DNA of 64,000 nucleotides from Raillietiella orientalis (Eukaryota): NCBI GenBank assembly GCA_036172245.1, contig JAYWIR010000021.1, positions 3,038,001 to 3,102,000 of the forward strand, read 5' to 3'. Shown piece by piece: positions 12,989 to 24,549 of this stretch (position 1 is its first letter; each line of letters starts with the position of its first letter). The notes under the pieces were generated by a model. It saw only the letters and a program-made list of their open reading frames with translations, ran no database searches and was not told where the DNA came from. The position numbers and the translations under genes were made by a program.

Positions 12989-14640
12989 TCACCCGTCTGT
13001 CCGGGAACTTCGTCTCGCAGACGTAGCCAAAGTCCCTGACCGTCTCCGACGAGGAAAATCAGCAGTCACGTTGGCGGCCTTCCTCTTTCTGGTGGGCAGG
13101 TTGGGGCCAATCTTCTCCAATTTCTGTCGAAGGAGACCAACTCCGTTCTTTGACTTGGCCCTTCTGAGGGCTAGAGAGAAACGTCGAGGCAATCCGGCGG
13201 CGACAGCCCTCTCTGGACCTCACATAGGTGAATTTGTGACTTGGACGTGTTGCTGAGAGGGGACAGGTACTTCGGGACGCTGCAGAAGACGTAGGTCGGA
13301 CTGCTGCTACCTCCCTGCATCGTGTCTTTGCCGTTCCCTGACTGCTGCTTGATGCCAGGGGAGTACACTGCTGTGATAAAGAGTTGCTGTTTCCATCCAC
13401 TCTTCCTTGCCCGTCATCCATCGACAGCCAGAATTCGGAACGATTAGTACCCTGATGCCATTTGGGCCGTGATGGTCACGTCTACGTCATGCGGATTTAC
13501 ACCAGCAATCGGGACTTTCATGTCCTGCGACACCTCGCGCCCGTCCAGGATGAAGGAGACGTGGACGTCCCTGTCTCCGCCTGCGCCACCGCCGCCAGAC
13601 TTCTCCCTCGAAAACAGAGCGCCCCCGTTGGCATCGCGAGAACTCTTCCTTTGTAACCTGCGTCCTGAGAGGGTACTGCCCATCGAAATCAGCTTGACCA
13701 TCCCAAGATGCTGGACATTCTCAATAGCGCCACAACTGCGGAGATCTTGTCGCGATCCTGATGAACCAAGGCGCTGTATGGATGGAGTCTCTGTTGGACC
13801 ATTTTGGCTGCGTAGTTTCTTGCCGCCACTATTGTGTGGAGGCAGCAGAGGGCTCCTGAAGGTGATCTTCCGCTTCGCATGAAGAAGGACATGACCGAGT
13901 CCACTGGGAGTTGAAGGGGTATGACGAACCCCTCTTAAATATGCCGGAAGGCAACTTCATTAAAAGGCGAGAGAAGGATTCAAATTCACTTCAGAGACGA
14001 GGAGGGAGGGGGAATGTCGGACGGATAGGTCCCGAGGCGTTGCCTAGCATTTCGAAGCTTTCAGTACAAGAGATCTCACGGAGCGGCTTCCGATGTTCCG
14101 GAACGCCAGTGGAGGAATCCATGAACTTCCGACGATTTCTCGTGACGGAGGACTCCAAGCTCCTCTCCTTGATTTCTCCTCTCCCAGCGTGCATCGCACA
14201 GGAGGAGGGCGGCGGTGGAGGAGGGGAGGGGAACGAGAAGAGAGGGACGGAGAGCGTTCTCTTCAAGGATAGTGAGGACCGATATGCTCCGGTTCTTGGC
14301 AACCTATGTGCCTTTCCCGGTCGGCGCCAAGTAGACGTCTTTTCCTCCCGTGGGCACTCTCACTCCCGATGTTCACCGTGGGAGGGATTCAAGTGGTGCT
14401 CCCACGATCTTGGAGTCTCCGTTCTGCAGTCTGGGAGCGAGCAGTTTGCATGTGGATCCTTCACTTCCCTCTCATCCTTGTCTTATCTCTCCCCCTTTCC
14501 AAAGCGTGAAGCAGTGTCGAGCTCAGGGGAAGCGGAGCGTTCCCAGGATGTCGGGAGAGGAGTCCTCACTTCAGGTTCGCACCAGGCATGTTTTTTTAGG
14601 ATTCTCAGGTGGAAAACGCTCGATCATCATGGATGCCGAG
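12989..14640 (-). pseudogene. PB2: Decayed influenza-like PB2, cap-binding/627/NLS region (copy B)
   Basis: ILLSPFNEV (13953-13979) vs VLLSPEEV; HPYSALV vs EPFQSLV; MVKLISMG vs IIKLLPFA; terminal [11 protein letters not shown] vs KRKRDSSILTD. FTLWKGGEIRQG (~14500) resembles FLTLWKLKETRIKG of copy A. Confidence 0.7.
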
Positions 14641-14849
14641 ATCCACGAGCCTGTCCTGATCTCATCGCTGCTCTTCTACGTTAGTCCTGTCCAGTCTGGG
14701 GTGCACTCAAGAGATCAGATACTCCTCCTCTTATGAAAGTCTCCATACTCTGCTTTTTACTTCGGTAGAAGAAGAGGCGTATTTCTTCAGGAGTGTTCCT
14801 GTCCTACTGTCTCAACTACTGGATTCCAAGGCTCATTTTTATCTCTTCT

Positions 14850-15340
14850 TTCTCTTAACATCCATTCGCTTCCTGATTGGTGCTGAGAGAAAGAGGTTCC
14901 CAAAGCTGCTTGTTGATGGTGCTGTCCTCACCTGAACCGTCGTATCGAGATCTTCTGCACAAGAAGGAAGAACATTACGCTGTCTTGGTATCAAACATCA
15001 GATTCCAACTGCCTTCAGGGTCGCTTCTCCAGCATTGCAGCCGCCTTTCTGCTAGCTACGAGGAGGCTGCATCGTGTATCAAGAGAGGATGTGTCACACT
15101 CTTGACCTCCAGGAAGACTCAGAGGTCTCCGAAACCCTCCTCGTCCCCCCTCCCCTTACCAATGGGATGAGCAGAGTATGTAGGAGGATATCCATATCCT
15201 CGATACAGACTGTTGGAATTATTTCCTGTGTCGTCAGTTCTTACCACTGTCTCCCCGTCCCAGACTTGGATGGAGGTTCTGGAGCGATTATTAAAACCGA
15301 GGTTCTTCGAGAGTTAAGAGTGTCCGAAAGAGCCAGATGC
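14850..15340 (-). pseudogene. M1: Decayed influenza-like matrix protein M1, copy 1
   Basis: TSVLIIAPEPPSK (15265-15303) vs TYVLSIIPSGPLK; TLLIPLVRGGGTRR (15136-15177) vs TLTVPSERGLQRRR, both gap-free; HDA vs HGA downstream. Confidence 0.75.
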
Positions 15341-15469
15341 TATTGAAGTATGGTGTGTGTGTACCGCCATGGTCACAGCTGCGATACCCGGTCATCCTGA
15401 CTTTTCAGAAGAAGGGGACCAGAAAAGAAAAGAAAAGATAAGCTGATGTGCTTAGAAGGACACCACAAA

Positions 15470-16110
15470 CGGCGATGGGCAGGGTAACGGAAGCTTCAAG
15501 GCAGTGAATATTATCTGTAGAGGTGATCAAAGATAAGCATGGGCAAAAATGCAGCTGTCGCAGTTTTAAATGGTGCAGCGACTTGTTACACAAGCAACAG
15601 ATTTGTGGGCAAGAGCCACGAATGGTAGGAAACATGATAATGGTTCCTATCCCACTGGAACCTCAGTGTCGATTTTAAATCATCGGAAGGTCGCAGCCGC
15701 TAGCTCGGATCGACCATGTCCGGAGTCTCTATCGCTCCCGATCTGGTGTTATGCCTCGACGTCTGGAACTTTGAGAGTGTCGAACGAGCTCATGCGTCTT
15801 GCGATACAATATCGGTTTGCTTTTCAGCAGCCTCAATTCTCCGGCAATCAGCAGGCCTCTTTGGATAATGCAGCGGCTCCTCCACAGAACCCTGGCCTTG
15901 TTTCGAGGTCGGACGCTGGAGCTCCCACGAATTCATGGAGAAATCTTTCAGTGCTCCATAGGAGAAGAATGAAAAAAGATAGTCACATCCATGTGACTAT
16001 TTTTTTAAAGCTGATCTTCACCTCACTTCTTCACTTGGGGCTCACCTATCCGTCATCACAGGTTCAGCTCGTATCCATCTCTCATAGACACATGCGCGAT
16101 GACAGAGGTC
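15470..16110 (-). pseudogene. PA: Decayed influenza-like PA, C-terminal domain (copy 2)
   Basis: One frame with stops: RPGF...LSK...N*G...RYCIARRMSSFDTL..VEA vs RPMF...TSK...KWG..RRCLLQSLQQIESMIEA; TEVPVG*EP...LAHKSV vs ETWPIGESP...LLAKSV. Confidence 0.6.
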
Positions 16111-16494
16111 TCAGGACGCTATCCTGTGAGACCGTCCGCCGTCGCTCCACCTCCTGGAAGTTAGCAGATGGCTGATTTCGTGTGTGACTGGTAGTTACTC
16201 ACTGCAGATGTAGTGAACTTGGAGCGCAGGAAACGTGAGCATCCACTGAAGACAGAGGAATGCAACAGAGCATAGCAAGGAATCCGCGTAAATCAAAAAT
16301 TGATGGAAATCCTTTTGGGTTCCTTTCTGTCTTCGCTGTTTTCCCTTCAGCTTTTTTTTTTTTTTTCGGGTTTCACTTTTTTTTTGGTTGGCTGAGTACC
16401 CCGAGAACCTCGAGCAACTCTTAAACGCTGTCCACTCCGCCCAAGGGTGCGTGTAATTTCTTCAAGATAGGGAGGATCTCGGGAGACCACCCCA

Positions 16495-17110
16495 TGAGTC
16501 CAGGAAGGACTCTGTTGACGGGAGTTCGTTCCTCTCATTCCTGGGGAGGGATCCCCGAAGGGAAACCTCCTCCCTGGTTGTCTCCGAAGGAAACATCGAA
16601 GGGAATCCTCCTTCCTTCTTCTCTCTGGTGGGATCTTCTCCATTTTTCTTCTTCGAAGGGAACCCGCAAGGGAACCTCTCCTGTTTACTCCTCCTCTGAA
16701 GAGAACTCCGAAGGGATGCTTCCGAAATTTCTCAGAAGGGCGCTGCCCTAAGGGAGCGGCGCGCTTCTTTGCACTCTGGAGAGGCATCATCAATCCTCCA
16801 GCTCCTTGGCACGAGATGGAGGGTCCCACCCCAAAGGAGGGGTTCACTCCTTTGCACAACAGAAGGAGAATCTCAAAGGGAACCGCACTCCTTGATTCTG
16901 TTTCCTGGAAGGGCCCGGAGATCGACTACCGATCCCGGCCACTCATCAGAGGCGTCCGGTTTGAACCGCTGCGGGCGCTGCACCCGTATGGAGACCAACC
17001 AGCGTCATCATGCAGGAGGAACTCGAACCCATGACGCACCCCTCATCTCTCGGCGTCGATTGCTTTCGAGTGTTCGAACCCGCGACGCTTGGTGCCACGC
17101 ACGGAGACCT
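16495..17110 (-). mobile_element. Putative tRNA-derived SINE, copy 1
   Basis: Diverged direct repeat of 42004-42510 (shared GGAGTTCGTTCCTCTC, CCCCGAAGGGAA, CTCTGGAGAGG blocks). B-box-like GTCGCGGGTTCGAA on the - strand at 17073-17086. Confidence 0.55.
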
Positions 17111-17234
17111 CAGCAGCCACATGGCCTCGGACACAGGCGAGAAGGAAAGACCCAAATTCAAAAGGCACTTTTTTCTCCTTTCACTTGACGAACTCTCTGA
17201 TAGGAACCTTTAAAACAAGTCATCTGAAAAATGC

Positions 17235-17680
17235 TGTTTTTCACCGTGTGCTAAGTTTTCTCTAATTCGACGCACTTTTCCCTCAAAGTCCAGCGTCCCT
17301 TTTCGACGATTCTTCTTCTTGGCCTCAGAAAAAGAAAAAAGTGTTCTATGAATCAGAATCAGATGGAAAAAGTCCACCGAAATACGGCAGAGCTGAGGAC
17401 ACGGCGTGAAATTAGGAAACCCTGATGTTCTCCGAAAGAGAAGCCGAGCTATGGATGTGCACGTGGGGACGATCAGAGTGTTAAGCCATGCGTCTTCCAG
17501 AGAGCGCAAGGAGACAGACGCAGAGCTTCCACTGCCCTTTATCCGTTCATTAATAACGCGAACAGGACGCATCTAAGCAGCGCTTTGTCCTCAAGTCATT
17601 AAAAAGTAAAGGCTCAAGACGAAGCCCCGCCTGGGAGATTGGGCAGAGTAGATTAGGTCAGGGAGTAAGTACTTCGCACA
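17235..17680 (-). pseudogene. M1: Decayed influenza-like M1, copy 2
   Basis: LCEVLT (~17660-17680) vs LTEVET; INERIK vs LMEWLK; TLIVPTCTSIARLLF (17435-17479) vs TLTVPSERGLQRRRF; RRIRENLAHG vs RKLKREITFHG. Confidence 0.6.
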
Positions 17681-17769
17681 ATCACGTATGGAGTGCACGA
17701 GGGCCACGAGTGCACACTCGTGCAAAAATCTGCACGAGTGCACATACGAAGACGGCGAAAGGAAACAGG

Positions 17770-18450
17770 AAGCGTGTTGTTCCTCTGTGGTTCCCTGATA
17801 TCAGGTGGCCCGCTGGACGATGACGCTGCTTCGCTTTCGGTGTTGCCTCCTCCCCTCTTTCTTTCTTGTCCCTCCTCCAGTTCAAGGGATCCTCCACGCC
17901 GCTTGGTTTACTTCAACGTTTTTTGACACCACCTGACCTTCCTTCCTCCCCGATCCGAAACGCAAGAGTTTCGTGTGGATCTCCGGGCGCGGGGGACGGG
18001 AAGGACGTGAACGGACGTGGGGAGGCAGTGACGTCCCAGTCCTCAGCGAGATCTCCGTTCCTTCTAGCAGGTTCGAGGAAAAATCCGCCGCTTTGTGAGC
18101 TAATCGACGTTCCCGCAAGATGCTCGCTGCAGCTACGTCACTGATCTCAGGAGTTCCCGATCGAAATCGGAAAACCAGCCCAACTTTCATTTGGTGTGAT
18201 TTTTTGCGTGTCGTGTTCTGACCACGCCCTGATTCCGTTCCCTGAAGGTTCCCACCTCTAAAAGCTGTTTTTTTTCTTCTTTTTGAATTCAAAACATGCT
18301 TTTCCGGTTTATCCCTCCCAGTTTTTGCGAAAAATGTTCAAGGAAAAGAGGATCGACACAGGCAAGGAAAAAGGTGCCCCAAGGATTCGGCCTAAGGACT
18401 CCCCACAGCGTACCTTTGGGGAAGGGGGGGTGATGAATGGTAGCCTTTCC
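17770..18450 (-). pseudogene. PB2: Decayed influenza-like PB2 C-terminal fragment
   Basis: PVSILFSLNIFRKNWE (18315-18362) vs PESVLVNTYQWIIRNWE; VEDP vs TEDP; GHLISG (17793-17810) vs GFLILG. Confidence 0.5.
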
Positions 18451-21399
18451 TCCATCTGTACCATATGAAAGGGCATGTGTTTTGTCCTGTAATACCATTC
18501 TTCTAATTGATGATGGGATGCTGAAGGGGTATCAAAGAACCGGCATGTCCGTTCCGCTGACGGCTTCGCCCCAGCTGCATGCGGAAGGGAAATCCTCCGT
18601 TCCGGCATTCAGCAGACGGGCGGGGGAGTCAAGTGCTTCGAAGCAGCCTCGACAGAGGTGGAAGGTCGAATCCCTGGGCCCTCCTCTTCCGCCGGAAGGG
18701 ACGGACCTGTTCCAGACTTCCCTGCGAAGCGAACGCAGGCAGGGGAACAGGTGTTACCCGTTGCGTGTCGTTCGACGCGGGATAAGTCGTGAAGGGTTGA
18801 GGAGCGACGTGGGGAGGCTCGAAACGCGCATGGGGTGGTGACCCCTTTTCCGCTCTTCCCCTCCCTCTTCTCCTAACCTCCCTTCCAGGTCGAAGTGCTC
18901 GTTTGCAGAATTCAGAGAGGGAAAATCCAGGGAAAGCGAAAGCGCGCGCTGCAGGTGTCCGGGAAGCGAATCACGTGGGAGCAGCCGAGGAAGGAGACGG
19001 ATTCCTCACGAGGATAGAAGCCGTGGCCCCGAAGTGACACTCACGCATGACCAACACCCACCCCCGCCATCACCACATGTAGAAACCGGGATCTGCTCCT
19101 AGCACAGGGATGCTCGCTGATCTGCACACAATGACGGATCCATGCAGAAATGCAGCATATGTATGTTGGAAATGGCGCGTGCGGTGTGGATACTTTCCGT
19201 TGTGCCGAGAGTCCGTCTCATCCGTGTCACAGGGAAGAACGGACTGCAAGTCCGTCCGAGAGAAACTGTGCCCCAGGGCACAATTTCTGTAGGAAACGAG
19301 CTCCAGTTTCTTCGATTTAAACCTTTTAATAGCTTATTTCTTAATGAATCTCGTTACTCGTCGATAATTCGTTCCGGAACTCTTGACGAGTGCCGGAACC
19401 GACGAGTACCGAACGAGTTCCTTTTTAGACTTCGTGGTATGATTTTCAATCATTTTAGAACCTATGATTAACACTTGAAATGCACAGAAAGCACAAAAGA
19501 AGGGAACGATTCGGAAGGCAGTCCATGCCTGTGCAGGTCAGCACTGTTCGCGATCTACCATGAGACGAAAGCGTGCATTCGTTTCGTCACGAGAGTGCGG
19601 TGTCGAGTTCCGAGCAGGCGCCGAGTGTCGAAACAGTTTGTTTCCTCATCAAGATGCGACGAGTGCAGAGTTTGACGAATTCTGACACTGTCGAGTACCA
19701 AGGTGCCACTATACTTTTTGTTTTTTGTTTTTTTTCTGAGCACGTTTCGTGTTTGCCTCTAATCGTACCGGTTCACCTGCCACGTGCGTCATCTCCCTCG
19801 AGTTCTCCGCGCTGGAGATGCGCTCGAAGAAAGATGAATAAAAGGTGAGACGAGATCGAATTTTGCTAATAAGGCGTACTCATGTTCACCCAGTATGAAG
19901 CAAAACCATTACAGGGGAAGGACGAGATGGTCAGAACATCGGATGCGCAAGAAGGAAGTCTTCCGCCTCTCCGGTTCCTGAGGACGAACCTGCCTGCCGT
20001 GACGGGATCAGGACAGAAAAATAAGACCCCAGCGATCGGTTATTTCACAAGTGGACTGCGTTCTCCGGGAGGATTTCAAAGCTTCGGTGATTGCGTACAA
20101 AGAACCTAGGGGCAGAGGGTCCTACCGCCTTCCCCTCCCCCCCCCCCCCCCCCTGCATGGAATGCTCCGCGGGACTCTGAGCAGTGCGCACGATCTCCAC
20201 GGTGCGGCGTTCCTGCGAGCCGGACGCTGCTGCTCGTTTTCGCTCGTCGTCACCGCCTGTTTCTGCGAGCCCGCGTTGTCATAGCACCCCCCGATGACTT
20301 GCCAACAGTTCGCGAAGCTCCCCGAAGCTGATGACTTCCGAAGACGAACCTCCCGGCAGACAAATCGGCGCTCTCTGACTGCAACGAGAGGGGTCACACC
20401 GGGGAGGAAGGAGGGGGCGGCTCACGGCGAAGCGACCGCAGGCAGCCCCCCGCGCTCTCGGATTTCCCGGGAACGCCTTCCTTCCGCGGAGATCCACGTT
20501 CCCCTTTGCTCGGGCGTCCCAGCCGGGATGTTTTCCCGATGCGTCCCTGACGCCCCGCCGTCATGGCGCGCGAGGAGGCCTCGGAGGGGTGACGTTTTCT
20601 TCCGCTTCAGAGCCTCCTCCTTTCGAAGAGCGCATCCCCCGTGTGACCGCGGGATCGGGTTCCCGCACGGGAGCTGCGTCCAGGGAGTCCCGGAAACGCG
20701 GTGTCTGAGGATCGGTGGCGTGAGTGAACGCGCGCGCAGGAAAAGGAAAGGCGTTTCCGTTGCCTTGACTGCGTTTCCGTCTTCAAAATTCGACTTCTCC
20801 GCTTCCTTCCCCTCCCGCACCTACCAGATGACTCCCGAGCGTCGACCGAGGTCTCCCTTTTTTTTTTTTCATTCTTCTTCCTTCCCTTCCCTTCCGACAA
20901 CCCGGCTTGTACGGTCCCTTTTCCTAGAATCGAAACGAGGCGGGGGATCCTCCGGTCCCCTGTTCACGGGGGTTCTCGGCCCCCGTTTTTCCCGTCGTTT
21001 CTGACCTTTTTCCCGGAAAATGGCGCTTGCCAAGTGAACGCACGCACGCGGCAGCAGTTCTGTTTAGGGTCCCACCAGAAGAGAGGCAGCCAGCTCGGCT
21101 GGAAGCGCAGGGTTCAAAAGTTCAGGGTTCGTCGTCAGGCGCTTTTAAGAGCGCCAGGAGCCGCTGCCACGCCTTCCGCTCAGCAAGCATGTTCTGCCTC
21201 TCACTCAGTCGCCTTGCCAACTACGTGTGGAGCCCGCAGATGCCACATGCATGGAAACGCGCCATCGATGGCGCGGTCTCCTGCTGAGAATCTCTCGCGA
21301 GGAAGGAGAGCCACTGTCGGAGGGAGACACAGCCTCCCGGGAGGGCGACGCGTAGCGCGCGCTGTTCTGTCAGAGTTCCTGCTGCTGGCTCCGTGTGGG

Positions 21400-22670
21400 G
21401 TCGCTAAGCCGGTCATCGTTGTCATGGCCATCCCCGATGCAGCAGGGAAGGAGGAGGTCGCGCCTCTGGATGACCACCTCCTGCGACCTCTCGGAGGTCA
21501 AACAACTTGCCTGTGGGCTGGAGCGCCGTTCCCGGAGCCTCTGCGCAGCGTCCTCAAGCGCGCACGTGCTCGCCAGAGGGAGGACATCCCCCCTTCCTCC
21601 TCTCCGTCCCGTCCGCTCCCGCTTTCCCGGACTTTCCCGATGGCGCGCCTCTCTCTCCGGTACTGCTTTCGTTCTCACGTGGGGGCGCGCGTCCGGACCT
21701 CTCCCCTTTCTTTTTTCCCTCGCTCTCTCTCTTACAAAAGAGGTCCTGGAGGGAATGGGATCTGAGAGTGGGTTCTCCCTCACTCCCTTTCGGGTACTCG
21801 CCTCCTCCCGCGTCGCTCCCGGTCGGCATCCTGCAATTCCGCGGGGTCGGGCGGCCGAAGCGCGGAATCGGCCGGCCGGATCAGGGAGGGCCTAGGAAGG
21901 GGATGCAATTCCGCCAGCCCTCTTAGGGAAGTTCCTTGGGGGAAGGGACTTTCCGGAGGAGGCGGGCGAGGCGAGGAAGCGGAGGAGGGGGGCGCGCGCC
22001 GCAGCGACCATGACAGAGAGCCCCTCCTCCTCCCTCCTCCCTCAGCTCCCCTTCCTTGGTCTCTCGAAGTTCCTCGGGACTTCCTTGAGTTTGCCTCCAG
22101 AGATCGGCAAGGCGGCAGACTTCTGGAGAGATCCATACCGCTGGTTGCGGAAGAGGGAGCGGAGGGGAAGTGAGAAAGGACGGGAGGGATCGGGAGAAGC
22201 TGTGACGGGAGGTCGCCTCCCATTGCGGCTTCCCTCGAGTAACCCTGCCACAGGCGTCTTCCTGCAGCTCCTCCTCTGTTCTGGAGTTGCGCTGCGTGTT
22301 CCTCCTTCTTCCGGGATTAAGGAGTTCCCCTCCTGCAGGAGGTCGATTGAGGGAGGAGAGTGGGTCAGGGGGAAAAGGGATTTGGAGGTTGTTAACGCCC
22401 CTTTTCTCCTTCCTGACCCTCCTCCGGCGGCGGGGGATTCTACGGCCGCCCTCGCATCAGAGAGCGAAAAAGGAGGGAAAGGGATCTGCGGCGTGGGGTG
22501 GGCCGGGGAAGAGGAGGGGGGTGGAGGAAGGAACAGGACATCAGGGAACATCACTTGCCGTAGGGATCTCCTCATTCCTGTGTTCGTCTCCGGGCCACAT
22601 CCCGACATCCTGTTCCTGCGATCGGATCTCCCCGAGCGTGGGAAGCTGCGCACCCGCCTGGCCATGTGCG
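21400..22670 (-). pseudogene. PB2: Decayed influenza-like PB2, N-terminal/mid fragment
   Basis: RRVRSFP vs RRVDINP; QVMFP (22543-22557) vs EVVFP; LIPEEGGTRSATPE (22279-22320) vs FLPVAGGTSSVYIE; weak SQEVVI..RDL near 21480. Confidence 0.55.
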
Positions 22671-23539
22671 GCAGTGCCCTCTTAATGGTCTCCCCCTCGC
22701 CCCTTCATTAGGCAAATGAAGGGTTCTCTCACGCTCCCGGTTGTTCTTTCCGGGAGCCGATCCAGAGGTCAAGTTTTTCCCGGACGCCAAACAGCCATTT
22801 ATCTTCCCACGAGGTATCCGGGTTTATGCACGCGCGGGAGAGCGAGCGGACGGGCGGGATAGCGGTCCTGGATCGCCCGCCCGCCCGCTCCTGCAAAAGA
22901 GAGAATCGAGGGATCGGGCCAAGGGCGCAAAAGCAGAGAGGGACCCAGAGAGATCGCGCCCAGCCTGTGGAAGGCGCGCTGTCCCGCCCCGACGGAGAGC
23001 GCCTTCGCGCCCCTTCCCGCTTCCCTCCCTCGCTCAGGAGCGCGAGGATCTACTGTGCCAACCTTCTCCCATCTTCCCGGCTCGCCGCTAGCGTGGGGGA
23101 GCGAGGCGATCGGTGAGCTCTCCAGGGATGTCTCTTTTGCACCGGAGCGAGTAGGCGGCATAGGGAGGAAAGAGAGAGAGAAGGGGAGGAGGAGAGGGGG
23201 GGTTTAGAGGCAGGAATTTCTTGGTTCGGGATTTTCACTATTCCCACTCCCTCTTTTCCTGCCATTAGAGTTCGTTCTTGGGGTGGAGGAAAAATGACTG
23301 TTCACTCCTTGCTCGGCAACGGCGGCGGCGGTCAGTGGACCCTTCATAGCATGCTCTCGAAGGAGGAAGAGGAGAATGAGGAAGAGAGGGAAGCAGAATG
23401 AAGGAGGAGGAGGAAGACGGAAGGGAGGAGGAAGGGTGAAAGGGAGGAAGAGGAAAGCGTGGGTGTCCGAGGAAGAAGTAGGCAGTGTCAGGTGAGAGGA
23501 TCATTTCCAGCCCTCCCATGCTCGCGGAGGCGCTTGCTC

Positions 23540-23900
23540 TTCTAGGAGAGCTTCAAACATCCTCTGTTCCCGTTCCGGTCTGCGAGCTCCGCGCTCTCGA
23601 GGGAGGGGCTGTTGCCCCCGTCGTGAGCAGTGGGGCAGAGAGGGCGAAACTCTCCTGCGCCGCCCGTGAGGGATGGGCGCGGGATTTGCTCCGGGAGAGA
23701 AGGGTGCCGATCGAGGGGGAAACATCTGGGCGCTTCCTGGGGACTTCCGTTTCCCCAGGGAGGCGCACCCCTCGCCACCTTCGGGGAGCGATAATTAGGA
23801 GATGGCGATTTTTTTCGCGCGCGCTTTCTGACGCACAGTTTCCGCGCGCACGCCGTGACCGCATAGGAACCCCGACAGGGAGCCGGCGCACGGAGGTGCC
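23540..23900 (-). pseudogene. Possible PB1 thumb-region relic
   Basis: HDGG...GCLK (~23551-23623) vs SDGG...VCLK; LPVGV vs MSIGV. Few anchors. Confidence 0.3.
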
Positions 23901-24084
23901 CACTCGGGATAGAGGAGTGGCCCCAGTGGGTCGATGGCCGCATCGCCACGACCTCGTGTGTAGAAAGGCGCAGTCGACGCGCTGCTCGGGGGTGGATTTC
24001 GGTAGGGAGGAAGCGGATGGCAGCGAGTCGCACGGGAGAGCAGGACTCCAGAAAAACCACGCGCGTGCGCAAAGGGAAATCGGG

Positions 24085-24480
24085 AGCCTCCAGAAGAACC
24101 CTCCGAGGAGGAGGACCCCAGCTGCAGATTTATGACGCGGAGCCGGACGGCGGGCGGATCTGATGCCGCGAGGGCGGGGGGAGGAGACAGGTGCCTTGTC
24201 AAGCGCGCCGTGGGAAACGCGTGAGGAAGAGAGAGGGGGAGAGGATGGGGCAGAAGAAGCATCTCTCTGCTACGAGATGGAGGAAGAAAGCAGCATGGAG
24301 GCGGCTCCGGGACGAGACACGGGAAGCTGTCTAAGCGCTACGTAGCTGCAGGAAGAAAGTCGCTTCTTCCCTGGAAGTCCCGACGGGATGCTGTCCTCCT
24401 GAGATCTCTATCGTCTCGCAGGGCCGGAAAGGATTCGCCCTCCTCCGCCTCGGTCTCCCGACCTGTTCCTTCATATGATC
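24085..24480 (-). pseudogene. NS: Possible influenza-like NS segment relic (NS1/NEP overlap)
   Basis: 24090-24136 reads QLGSSSSEG in one frame (NEP QLGSSSED) and AAGVLLLGGFFW in another (NS1 NAVGVLIGGLEW). Upstream EEG..DRDLRR..QGR resembles NS1 ELG..DRLRR..RGR. Confidence 0.45.
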
Positions 24481-24549
24481 TGCCCTCGGGAGCATGGGTG
24501 AACCCGAGAGTCCAAGGGAGATCGTGCAAATCCCGGGTGATTCCTCCCT

